Of a DNA stretch of 64,000 nt, positions 13,688-25,400 are shown in pieces (within the stretch, counting starts at the first letter, position 1; each line of letters starts with the position of its first letter). Source of the stretch: Callorhinchus milii (taxonomy: Eukaryota). The notes beneath the pieces were generated by a model. The model was not told where the DNA came from. It saw only the letters and a list, made by a program, of their open reading frames with translations, and searched no databases. The stretch is from contig NW_024704768.1 in the NCBI RefSeq assembly GCF_018977255.1, positions 3,968,001 to 4,032,000 on the forward strand, read 5' to 3'. A program made the translations under genes and the position numbers.

Positions 13688-16333
13688 ATGGCTCCGAAGA
13701 AAGATCCGAAGAAGCCAGCGAGCTCTCCCGGCAAACCAATAGCTAAGGGGGGGAATCCAACAGCCTCTGCTGGCAAACCGGCGGCGGCAAAACCAGCAGC
13801 GGCAAAACCAGCAGCGGCAAAACCAGCAGCCCCCCCGCCAAAACCAGTAGAAAAAGCACCAGAGATTCCCCCGGTGCCCAAACCACCTCAGGAGCCTGCG
13901 TATGACCTCTCGAACCTGCAGGTAGGAGCTGAATCTTTTACTATTTTTAAAAAAATAATATTATTAATATTATAATAATAATAATCCTTGCGATCCGCCA
14001 ATCGACTAACACCCGGGTTCCTACTGACTGCTGGTAAACAGAGGCGCGCGCGTGTGTGTGTGTGTGTGTGTGTGTGTGTTGTGTGCGCGGAGTAAGGAAA
14101 TTTGCCTGAGGTTTCAACGTCTCGACAACGTGATAAAGGCACAACAGCAAATGGGAGGATTACTATTATTATTATTATTATTATTAAGATGTCTCAAAGC
14201 GCTTCACAGGACTCGCTGTAAAGTGCAGTGACTGTGTATTTTGCGCGAGAAAACGCAGTCGATTCGCTTTGCGGCGTATCCTGCGAAGCGCTTTGCGACG
14301 CGTCTTGTAGCTCAGGGGTTAGAGCAAGCGAGAGGACCCGGGTTCGATTCCAGGGCGGGTCAGGACAGGACGAAACCTCGGTCAAGTTTCCTCACTCCCC
14401 ACTCACACGCGCACCCAGTTTACCAGCAGTCAGTAGGAACCCGGTTGTTAGTCGATTGGCGGATCGCTTTCCCGGGGTGGGAGGGGGTGGGGGGGGGGGG
14501 TGCAATAATCCCTTCAAAAAAAATAATAATAAATTTGGGTCACTTTCACCGACGACTGCTCGTGCGCGGGAGGGACGTCGCTGGGGCGCGAGTGGCTGCC
14601 GGGTCTCGCCCAAGGAGCCCAACTGTGCGGCGAGTTTACTCCGCCAAAGAGACGCCCACGGAAAGGGAGGAAGGCGCCGCGTGGAACGGCGAGGGTGACG
14701 GTGGCTCCGATCACTAGGATTATTAAGATCATGACTATTATTATTGTCATCATTATTATTAATATTATTAACCCAACAGAACTTGCTCCTTCTTGTGCAG
14801 CACAGAGGCTCGGGGTGGTTGACCTGCCCACTAGTCAGTAATTGGATGGACTGTGTGAGCCACACATTTTGTGGCTTTGTACAGTGGAAGTCAGTGACTG
14901 GTGTCCAATTGATGTCAATCATTGCACTGAACGTCATCCACTGCTAGAAAAGGCCTGGACAGGACCTCTCCTTTTTTTTTCTGGCATATTTTATCCAGTT
15001 TGCAAGAAGAAAAATGGTGTGTATTTAAGAGGGAAAGGATTTCCCACAGNNNNNNNNNNNNNNNNNNNNNNNNNNNNNNNNNNNNNNNNNNNNNNNNNNN
15101 NNNNNNNNNNNNNNNNNNNNNNNNNNNNNNNNNNNNNNNNNNNNNNNNNNNNNNNNNNNNNNNNNNNNNNNNNNNNNNNNNNNNNNNNNNNNNNNNNNNN
15201 NNNNNNNNNNNNNTTGCTTCCAAAAGGAAAAAAAAACCCCAAACCATTAGATGTTCGTAACCTTCTTTTTTGTGTGTGTGTCACTTTGTTTCCCAGTCTG
15301 ACTACTCCGAGGAGCAAATTTCTGGTAAGTCCTGAATTTAAACCAACTTAAACTTAAGCAATTTAAGTCACCAACTTAGTGATTGCTGGGTTTATGACAT
15401 ATATATATATATATATATGTGTAATTTATATTATATACATATGTGTGTATTTAGTTCTCGATTACTCACACGTTTTGCCATCGTTTTTTGTTCTTAATTT
15501 CCTCTCTCTCTATATATATATATATATTTTGGGGGGTGTTGAATAATAACAATACTGTACAAGAAAGAAAAGAAGTCCAGAAGCAAAAAGGAGATGAGAA
15601 TAAATGAAAGGCGATGAAAGTGATGGGGGGTTTATGGGGTGAAATGGTCGCTTTTTGGGTGCGATGTGTTTTTTAAGATATATATATATTTGTGTGTGTT
15701 TTTATATATATATATACATAGAAAACAATACAATAGAGGGCGTGAACCAGAAGAGGAAACGAGGCAACAGTGTGAACGTGGTAAAAAAATAGAGAATTTC
15801 AAGGATCGCACCAACTTTTTAGCGCAAAAAGTGCGTAAAATGGTTAAAAACTCTACAAAGATCAGAGAGAGAGAGAGAGAGAGAGAGAAACAGAAGGAGA
15901 AAGGCCCCAAAAGGAGATCAGCAGTTTGTACTCTCGACTCCTCAAACCAGGAAGTCGATTCCCCCTTCAAACCCAAAAAAAAATTGGGTTCAAGTTTTCT
16001 TTTCCCCCAAAAAAAGAGTTTTCTCTTTACTTTTTGGACAACTTTTCGAGGCAAACTCTTGAGTTTGCATTGACCTGAACTGATCTGTGTGTTGTGTGTT
16101 GTGTTGTGCAGTAATCCATCTATTTATATTGTAAAATATAAAGCTCAGATGAGAGGAGTGTCTCTGTTCCATTTGATGCCCATTTTAACCCGGAAAAGGC
16201 GCACCCATTTTGCTCAGATATTTTGCTCTCTTTCTTTCTCTCTATCTCTCTCTCTATCTCTCTATCTCTTCTCTCTCTCTCTGACTATTCCCCCTAATAA
16301 ACCTCTGGGTACTTTGACCTGGAGTTTCTGGTT

Positions 16334-16365
<32 letters not shown>

Positions 16366-19300
16366 TTGTTATTTTCATTTAATTCATTTGAATTAAAAGT
16401 CTCTTTTTGCACCAATTAGGATTTATTTGCTCCCTCCCTCCCCCCTTCCCTCCCCCTCCTCCCCAGTTCTTGCCAATAATCATTGCCACTTTTTTTTTTC
16501 CCCCCTAAACAACTCCATATATGGACAAAAAAAAAGTTACTCTCAAGGATCAACCCTCACTCGGAATATTCCTCGGTTTGAGGAATGAGGGGAATATGGA
16601 TGGATCTCATTCCATTAAATCCGCAGCCCTGATCACCCCCCAACCTCCCACCTCCCATCCTTTCGCCCCCAACGCACCCCCACCCCCACCCGCGCGCGCG
16701 CCCCCCCCGCGCCAATCTTTCTTTAAACCTATTTGAAACCATTTATTTTATCACAGAATAATAATGATAATAATAATAATCCTTGCGATTGATGTGGTGC
16801 TTTCGAGACACTTCACGGGCGCTTTGAGAACGGATAAACTGTTCACGAACGGGAGGGTGGTGCGTGGGGGGGAGTTTAGTTATGGGGGGGGGGGGGCAGA
16901 GGTGGGGAGTGAGGAAGAGGAGAGAGAGATAATGGAGAGGAAATGAATATCGGGTGTGTAACAAATCATCCTATTAACACTGGCTCCTCACGTTGCTCTC
17001 TGGTGTTTTACTATGCGGTGTTTTATTAAGTATCTGCTATATGATGCGTGTGTCTGAATATCGGGAGACATTGAAGCTGACACGAGAGCCGCCCCTTTCG
17101 TTGCTGCTTCTGATCGTCGAACGCGTCTCCTGGAAAATGCTACCAGTTGGCGACGGTTAGCGCCACCACTGACGGTTGGATTAGATGGACGCACAGCCCT
17201 GCCTCCCATCACCCGAAAATTACTCGCTCAGTCCGCGGCTGCTTGTGTGCGCAGTTGCCGCATTATTATTATTATTATTATTTATTATTAGGTGTTGGCC
17301 TTTGGGTTTTGGGTGTTGGTTTGGGATCGGTGGGTAACTGTTTCGCTTTGGATGGAGTCAGAAGCTATCGGGTGGTGGTGGTGGGGGTTTCGGGGGAGTT
17401 CTCACGGAGTGAAATAATAATCTAAATAATAATTTGGTCGCGCAACAGAAAATGCATTGCAAAGTATATGTTCCAACAGAGCCACGGGATCTTTTCGCGC
17501 TGCATCGGCTCAGACGGACTCCCAAACTCCCCTCAACTCAACAGCATAATAATCCTTGCTTTTGATACGGCTTCCAGACACCTCAAAGCAAAGCGCTTCG
17601 CGGAAATACACCGTAAAGTGTAGTGACTGTGTATTTTGTGGGCCAAACAAGCGGCAGCCGATTGCGCCCAGTGACGTCCCCCACGGACAGCCGTGGATTG
17701 AAGGGACCACATTTATTATTTAGTTTTTTGAAGGAACGTAACTCACAGGGAGGACAGAGTTGGTTGATGGGGGTTGATTGCCCCGATCTCTCTCTCTCTC
17801 TCGGAGGGTGGGGGTGTGTGTGTAACTCTCTTTATTTCCCACAGAATTCCGGGAGACCTTCACTCTGTTTGACAGGTGCGGGAATGGGCAGATCCTGTTC
17901 AGCCAGTGCGGAGATGTCATGAGAGCTCTCGGCCAGAATCCCACCAATTTGGAGGTGCAGAAGGTCCTGGGGAACCCCAGTTCTGAGGGTACGGACTGAC
18001 ACACGTCAACAACAACAACAGCAACACATGGCATTTACACAGGGCCTGCCCTTCACGTCGGGAGGACGTCCCAAGGTTCTGGGTGGACAGGGATTTGGAC
18101 CCGAGCTGGGGGTTGGGATCAGGAGGGATGGAGGGCAGGGAGGGAGGGAGAGTAGGGGGTAGGAGGATGACTGAAGCAACTTCACACTGAGCACTTGAAT
18201 CTGAGCCGTTGTTCACAGTTTAGATGTTCTGTCTGAAGCTGTGTGTGAGATTGAGTGTGTGCGCGTGTGTGAGAGATTGTGTGAGATTGTGTGTGTGTTT
18301 GTCTGTGTGAGTGTGAGTGAGAGAGAGAGAGAGAGAGAGCGAGAAAGAGAAGCCATAAATAACTGCTGCTCAGCTCTCGATGGCGGCCACAATGGTGGGG
18401 ATTAAGAGATACTTAATACCAGGTATCAATGATGCAGATCAGTAACCAGCTGTTGGTTTATTTTGGCTGATGGTTTACACGTGGGTAACTTGCACTGACC
18501 CAGTGAAGCTTCCAGCGGCTTCACCACTCACTGCGTGGGGCGCGTCAGCATTCTTTCACGTTACCAACATAAGAAGATAATAATTACTGGATGATAGAGG
18601 ACCAAGGTCCATCCAGTTCACCGTCCGCACCGGCAGTCGTACTCACAGGTCGTGTCTCAAACAAAATAATTATAATAATCCTCGCATTTGACACAAAGCC
18701 GCCGCGGACGAATTGACCGTACATTTTGTGGGCGAAACGGGGCAGCCAAATACTCACAGCCGCGTCCCCCACACACAGTCGTGGGATTGAAGTGACCAAT
18801 TTATTATTATTATTATTTTATTGTTTTCAAAGGAATTATTCCCTCTGGAAAATTGATCCACCAATCGACTAACAACTTTTTTAAAATATAAATACACACA
18901 CACACACATATATATATACACACACAAACATACCTTTGTCTGTGTCTTCTGCCACCATCCACGTGTTCTCTCACACTAAGGGTTGGGTTGGGTGCAAGCT
19001 TGACCATTGATACCTCCCAGGCGGTGTTGGGTGGGGTCAGGAGACTTGAAACACACTCCTGCCTGTTTAAATCCAGGATGGGTCTGGGCTTGTTACCAAT
19101 GTAGCCCAAGGACCAGCTGAGCCCTGTCTAGAACCGGATACCTTCTCTGAAGAAGGTCCTGACTTTCCTGTTTCGTGGTCTTGTAAACGACAATGACTGA
19201 CGAGACCGACAGGAACGCCTTTCGCCCACAAAACGCACCGTCACTCCACGTTACAGTGTATCCTGGGAAGCGCTTTGAGACGTCTCGACGACGTGATAAG

Positions 19301-21136
19301 GCGCTGTGTCAAATGCCAGGCTTATTATTATAATAATATTACCATCGACGGTGGGAGATCCCTGAGAGAACCGGAGGCAGGGAACGCGGAAAGTATTAAC
19401 ACGTCTCGTGTGTGTGTGTGTGTGTTTTTTTGCCCCCTCTTTGGCTCTCAGACATGAATCGAAAGTGCCTGGACTTTGACCAGTTCCTTCCCATGTTGAT
19501 CGCTGTTGGAAAGAACCGGGACCAAGGAACCTTCGAGGACTTTGTGGAGGGTCTTCGTGTCTTTGACAAGGAAGGCAACGGCACAGTCATGGGGGCTGAG
19601 ATGCGTCATGTACTCGCTACTCTAGGTAACCGTTTGACCGATAACCAGAAGCATCAACCCCAGAAGTAGGCGGGGGGGGGGGGTGACCGAAGAGGAGGGT
19701 CTTGAAGGAGGCGGAGGGAGCCAGGTGGAGGGACTGCGGGATGGAGTTCCAGAGGGTGGAGGCAGAAAGGCTGAAGGCCCGATCGCTGACGGTGGGGGTT
19801 GGCCGGACGGGGGGGACATGGAGCAGGCCGGAGCCCGCTGAGCGGAGGGAGCAGACAGGTTGATCGGGGGGGGGGGGTCAGCAGATCACAGAGGTAGGAA
19901 GGAGCAGAGAGAGCCTCGGGGGGCGGACGAGGATTTTCGAACCCTTTCAAAGTGCTTGAAAGGAGCAAAACCCCTTCAAGCGCTTCGAGGTGTTTCCGTG
20001 AGGTGTTGCGGGTGCAAACGGGCCAGGATAATTCTAACCTAACGACTAAGAGAGAGCGTTGTGCTGTTGTTAGGAGAGAAGATGACTGAAGAGGAGGTGG
20101 AAACTCTCTTGACCGGTCACGAGGATGCCAACGGCTGCATCAACTATGAGGGTAAGTGCGCGCGTGTGTGTGTGTGTGTCTTGTGTCACCACAACCACAA
20201 CAAATTGTGCCTTTCACCACACGCTCGGGCTGTTTCACACCGATCTGTAAAACGTCTTAAACATTCCCCGCCCCCACGCACACAATATTTAAGAGAATCC
20301 TGTGACTAAATGCCTAATTGGCGAGCGGAAAGATGTACCTCTGTTGATCGTTGAATCCTGGTAGGCGGACAGGTGCGAGGCGAGGACTACTCTTAACCGC
20401 TCAGTAGTTAGACCACTCGCCTTCGCAAGCGAGAGGACCCCGGGCTCGATTCCCGGGCGGGTCAGGTCAGGGCGAGACATTGGGCAAGTTTCCTGACTCC
20501 AAACCGCTTTCCCGTAGAAGGGTAACATTCATTTTCTTTGGCCGTCTCCAACGCTCTGTTGGGGCTTCCACGAATTTCATCCGAGAAAATTGACGCCATT
20601 TTTCTCCCCTCCTGCAGAAATGCAGGTGACCCAAAAGGTCCTGATATCGTTACAATGTCCTAATAAGTCTTAATTTTTTTTAGAAAATAGGGTAGAATTC
20701 ATGAATTTTTGGTCAACCCGTACAACGCACATTTACACTTACACAGCATCGGGTAAGAGGGAACGGCACCCCAAGGCCCTAAAACAATCACCCGTGGCTT
20801 GGTTTCTGAGCAGGGGGTGGGAGATGAGGGGAGGGGAAGGGGGGAAGGGATAGCGGTAATGGGGTAAAATGGCCAAAAAGCCCAGTCAATGAGATGAATC
20901 TTGACGACAAGGTCCCATCCCACACTGAACCTCCCTCCGGCCTCCGAATGTTCCTATGAACTTGCCCAAGAAGCTCACTCGAGCCAACAGAACCCAAGTG
21001 GCCGACTTGGCTGCTGATGAAGATGTCAGCCATTCAAGACCAAGAGAGTAACGTCCAGATGGTTTTGTGGACCTCCTCGGTTTAATGTTTCTCTTCCTTT
21101 TTGACAGCGTTTGTCAGACACATCATGTCAGGGTGA
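13688..21136 (+). CDS. MYL6: Myosin essential light chain, long isoform with Ala/Pro/Lys-rich N-terminal extension (MYL6B/MLC1sa-like), ~228 aa
   Basis: Exons 13688-13921 ([10 protein letters not shown]...KPAAA repeats...YDLSNLQ), 15297-15324 (SDYSEEQIS), 17845-17988 ([11 protein letters not shown]...ALGQNPTN), 19452-19625 (...[33 protein letters not shown]), 20074-20151 ([10 protein letters not shown]...GCINYE) and 21108-21136 (AFVRHIMSG*). Exon sizes 28/144/174/78 match the ELC gene family, and the locus lies next to SMARCC2 as in human. Confidence 0.88.
13774..13830 (+). repeat. Coding 15-bp tandem repeat (KPAAA x~4) in the MYL long first exon
   Basis: Units such as gcaaaaccagcagcg are repeated in frame. 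Confidence 0.85.
14303..14620 (+). mobile_element. tRNA-derived Deu-type SINE
   Basis: tgtagctcaggggttagagc...ggttcgattcc head followed by the conserved core. Confidence 0.8.
15014..15016 (+). CDS. MYL6: Candidate ATG-only first coding exon of the short MYL6-type isoform
   Basis: aagaagaaaaATG|gtgtgt. Splicing to 15297 gives [12 protein letters not shown]... and a 151-aa protein, the same length as human MYL6. Confidence 0.5.
15050..15213. other. Assembly gap
   Basis: Run of N. Confidence 1.
16515..16524. promoter_or_regulatory. CArG box (SRF site) in MYL6 intron
   Basis: CCATATATGG is a perfect CC(A/T)6GG in non-repeat intronic sequence. Confidence 0.45.
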
Positions 21137-22888
21137 ACGATTAATCCATGGTACACCAGCTTTTTGGCAAATCACCTTTTTTTGCCCTGTCCCTCCTTCC
21201 CTCCCTACCCATCCCTCCAGTCTTACTCTTTTCCCTGTTGGCATGTTCTGTTTCTCTCTCTCTCTCTCTCTCTCACTCGCTGCATGTAGCTTCTGTTCTG
21301 CGTTGGCAGATTTGACTGGGAAGCTCCTTTGGTTTTTGTGTATGAACTCGTGTCCACTAAAGGAAGATCATTTGAGCATTTTCTGGTTTGCCAAGGTCTG
21401 GCCGACGTTACTACTACTACAACTACTACTAATAATAATAATTATCCTTGCATTTGATATAGCTCCTCATCATGTCGTTGAGACGCCTCAAAGCCCTTCA
21501 CAGAACATCGACTGTCTACTTTGTGGGCGAAACATAGACCCGAAGTCACCTTACTGTGCTCCCCCACGCCAGCCTCTGTTTGCCCGGCAGTCAGTGGGAA
21601 CCCGATTGGTAGTTGATTGGCAGATCGCCTTCCGGGGGCAATAAGCCCTTTAAAAAAAAAAGAAATCATTATTTTTTTGAAACCGAGAATAATTCGGTCG
21701 CTCAATCCACCGGTTTGTGGGGGAGGTCTTTGGGCGCAATCAGCCGCCGCGTTTCGCCCACAAAGAGCACTTTACGGTGTACCCTGTGACGCGATAAGGA
21801 TCTGTAATCAAATAGGAGCAGGAGGAGGCCATTCAGCCCCTCGAGCCTGAGCCGCCATCCTATTAAATCGCAGCTGATCTGTACCTCAACGCCAATTAAA
21901 TACAACGATACTCTTGTGATGGTGATACCGATAATAACTGGGGGGGAGCTGCAGAGTCGGACTTGCCTTAGGGCGACCGAGTCTGTTCTGACAAAGGGTC
22001 ATAGACTCCTAGAACCTTCCAGCGCGGAAGGAGGCCATTCGGCCCATCGTGCCTGTGCTGGCTCTTCGGAAGAGTCGTGGGTAGGAAATGGTCTTCCTCT
22101 GGTATCTCAGCGAGTGACTTAACGTTCAGGCTGGCTGTGGTTGGACTCTTTTTATTATTTTTCTTTGAACTTAACCCGGCCTCTGAGCCCCCGAGGCGGT
22201 GGTTGCTGTGCCGTGGGCCCTTTCTGCGGTGGTTCAATTCCTGTCGACGTTAAAATAAAAATAAGCGGGTTGCGGAGATGGCTCGGAGCCTGGGGTTTGT
22301 GGCCGTGGCAGGTGTAATGTCGAGTGGCTATGCTTTGCGGTGATTTCATCTCGAAGGTTCCGATTACTACCACTACAACAACAACAACAAATTACATGTT
22401 GTGCAGCGTCTTTCACGCCGGGAGGACGTCCCAAGGCACTGGATTACGATCACCATCCGCTGACGTCCATCCGGCCAACGTTTGGCATAAAACCTGCGCC
22501 GTCGACTTCCGTGCGAGTTGGTCTGCGCTGTGGGAATGTAGAATCAATCCCAAGCCTCGAAACAGTCACTTCGCTTTACACCAAATCCCCCCCCCCCCCG
22601 CCCCGAGGGCGTTGAGACATCGCGCGCCTGTCCGCCGCGTTTTGCCCACAAGGTGCGGCCAAATTTTTTGCTCGATCGGGACCTTTTTCTTTTTTTGTCC
22701 CTCGTCGCCGTCGAGTTTCCGGCCGCGTCTTGTTAAGAGGACGTCGCCTGAGATCCTGTGACAGGTTCTCCCGGTGCCTCGGGTCGTCCTCCCGACGTGA
22801 AAGGTGCTCCAGGAATGTACTCTGTTGCTGTCGCGGTATCGCGAGGTGCGTTTCGTTCGTTCATTCTTTTATTCCTTTTCCCCCACAG

Positions 22889-22917
22889 AGCTGGTCCGGA
22901 TGGTGATGAACGGTTGA
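22889..22917 (+). CDS. MYL6: MYL6 alternative C-terminal exon (ELVRMVMNG*)
   Basis: ttccttttcccccacag|AG CTG GTC CGG ATG GTG ATG AAC GGT TGA, matching the human MYL6 alternative C-terminus ELVRMVLNG. AATAAA signals follow at 23075-23080 and 23536-23541. Confidence 0.9.
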
Positions 22918-24804
22918 CACAGTTTCCTGGAGTCTGAACTGAAGTGCCTTTTCTACTCACATCTATAAACCTCACTTTTAAAACTTGGGAGGGAGGGGGG
23001 GAGGGTGGGGGGGGGGGGGGGGGAGGGAGGAGAAGAAAGAGATGGGGGTGGGAGGGGGAGATAAAGGAAACGGTAATAAAATGTAAAGTAATTTCTATCT
23101 TGTTTCTGAACACTCACCAGCATTCGCGCATGTCTGTGCGTGTGCACACACAAGGGTGTTCACGCACACGCACACGCGCAAGCACACACAGCGCGCGCGC
23201 ACACACACACACACACGGATCTGGCATTGGAAGAGTTTTGCTCACTGAACCGACTTGTCCAGAAATCAGCCGGTGACACGGCGAGAGCGAGGGAGAGAAT
23301 TGGACGAACGATCCCTCGCTTTTGGACAAGTTCGGTAGGGAATGTATCTCAGACGGTTCGGGAAGTTGAGCAGTAGAGGGTGGGGTGGGGGTGGGGGGAG
23401 AGAGAGAGAGAGAGAGAGAGGGGAGTTTAGGTGTCTGTGAAGCTCACAAGGTTGGGTGGGTTTCAGTCAGTGTCAGGCAATCCCAACCACCTTCCCTCCA
23501 CCGTAAATTATTTTCCTGTTTCTTTGCTTTCACAAAATAAAATCTCTCTTGAATTACTGGTGACTCGACTGTGAGTTCCTGGCTCTTTGCGCGGATAAGA
23601 GGCTGTGTCTGTGTCTGTCTGTTGTCTGTGTGGGGCGGGGAGAAGAGGAGAGATTAATTTCCTAATCGTCACCAGACACGTTTCAAGTCGTCACTAAGTA
23701 CAGTCTGGGAGGTGAGAACGACAGCAATAAATTGCAGTAAGTAGGAAACCCGGTTGTTAAGTCGGTTGGGAATCGCTTTCAAAGGGCTTTTATTAATAAT
23801 CCCTTCAAATAATAATCCTTGCATCTGATACAGCGCCCTATCGCGTCTTCGCGACGTCTCAAAGCGCTTCACAGTGTATTTTGTGGGCGAAACGTTAGTA
23901 TAAACGCAAGTTGCGGTGGGACTGAACGCAGACTGTAATTGTAGCTGTGAGAGAGGGAGAGGGAAGGCTGGTACTGTTTACTCGCTGCGAGTGCGAGAGG
24001 CAGTCTCGCTTTAGTGGGAAAGTAGGCGACAACAGCTGGGAATCTGTGACCCAATTTCATCCCTTAACCAAACCGCTCGCAGAACCCCCCCCCCCCCCCC
24101 CGAGGCCGCACTTCTGTGTGCGACGCTTCGATTAATCACCTGCAAAATTGGAGCAAATGATGACAGCCAACTGTTAGCGCTGAGACGGCACCTCTTCGTG
24201 TCTCCGTCCTCTTCTCTCTCTCTCTCTCTCGTCTTCAGATCCCTTCATGACCTGGGACCTCTCCGACCTGCTCGCTCCCCCATTCCATCCGTGGCCGTGC
24301 TTTCAGCCCCTACGCCCCGAAACTCGACCGCTCTCCTTCTAACCCTCCCTCCGCCTCCTTCCCCATCTTCAGCTTGCGCCTCACGTACCTACCCCTCCCT
24401 ACCTCCCGGGTCCTCTCCTCTCGCTTGCGAGGCGAGGGCGCCCCAGGACTCCACGTAAAAAAAAATTCCAAGACTCTCCGCGCGCGCGTGTGTGTGTGTG
24501 TGTGTCTACAGCGAGTCGTGTGGTGGGTGGAATAAGACTGTACCACAGCCACTTTGCTCCGACATAATGACAGCGGCCACGAAAACATCAGCCGCACAGA
24601 TGAGTCGGTGTCCAACTCACACGCGCACAATTACGCACGCGCGCGCGCACATATTACACACACACACGCGCGCCGCGCGCGCAGAGCAGTCACATAGGGC
24701 TAATGTATTTGCGTTGTCTCGGGGTAACAATGGCTGGCTAACAAGCTGTCCTTTTGGCAACGATTCTGGAAAGAGTTGGTGCTTTCTGTTACCCAACACG
24801 CGCG

Positions 24805-24843
<39 letters not shown>

Positions 24844-24894
24844 CTGCTTTGGAATTACAGTAGAGAGGTCCAATAGAGCCAAATTTCCTCGTCT

Positions 24895-24904
24895 CCTAAT
24901 ATGG
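24895..24904. promoter_or_regulatory. CArG box downstream of MYL6
   Basis: CCTAATATGG is a perfect CC(A/T)6GG in unique intergenic sequence. Confidence 0.35.
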
Positions 24905-25049
24905 TTGTGCATCGACTCCGCTAACACCCATTAAAGCCTTATTTTTTTTTCTCTGAGGCCCATTGATGTCGTTAAACGTTCAGCCGGGCTCAGCCGGACA
25001 CATTTCTGCGTGCAAATGCGCAGCCAAGTCACTCCACCTCTGCGGCGTC

Positions 25050-25400
25050 CCCGAGCTCAGCGCTTGGAGCCCTGGCCTCGCAGGCGAAAGGACCCGGGTT
25101 TGAATCCCGGGCGGGTCGGGGCGAAACCTTACACGAGTTTCCTTACTCCACACACAGACAGACACACGCACACGCGCGCGCACACGCACGCACGCGCGCG
25201 CGCGCACGCCTCTGTTCACCCAGCGGTAAGTGGTTGTTAGTCGACTGGCGGATCACTCGTCGGGGGGGCAATGATCCCGTCCACAACAGATCAAATAAAA
25301 AAATAGCGACTCAAGTCACTCAATTTCCCCGGCTGTTCGCGGGGACGCTGCTGTGCGCGACCGGCTGCCGCGTTTGGCCCTCGAAACACACAGTCACTAC
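25050..25400 (+). mobile_element. tRNA-derived Deu-type SINE
   Basis: Head, (CA)n and core sequence shared with the other copies. Confidence 0.75.

Noticed and set aside
19140-19220. CTGAAGA / CTGACGA as a possible hammerhead ribozyme core
   Set aside because: No stem II followed by GAAA can be formed.
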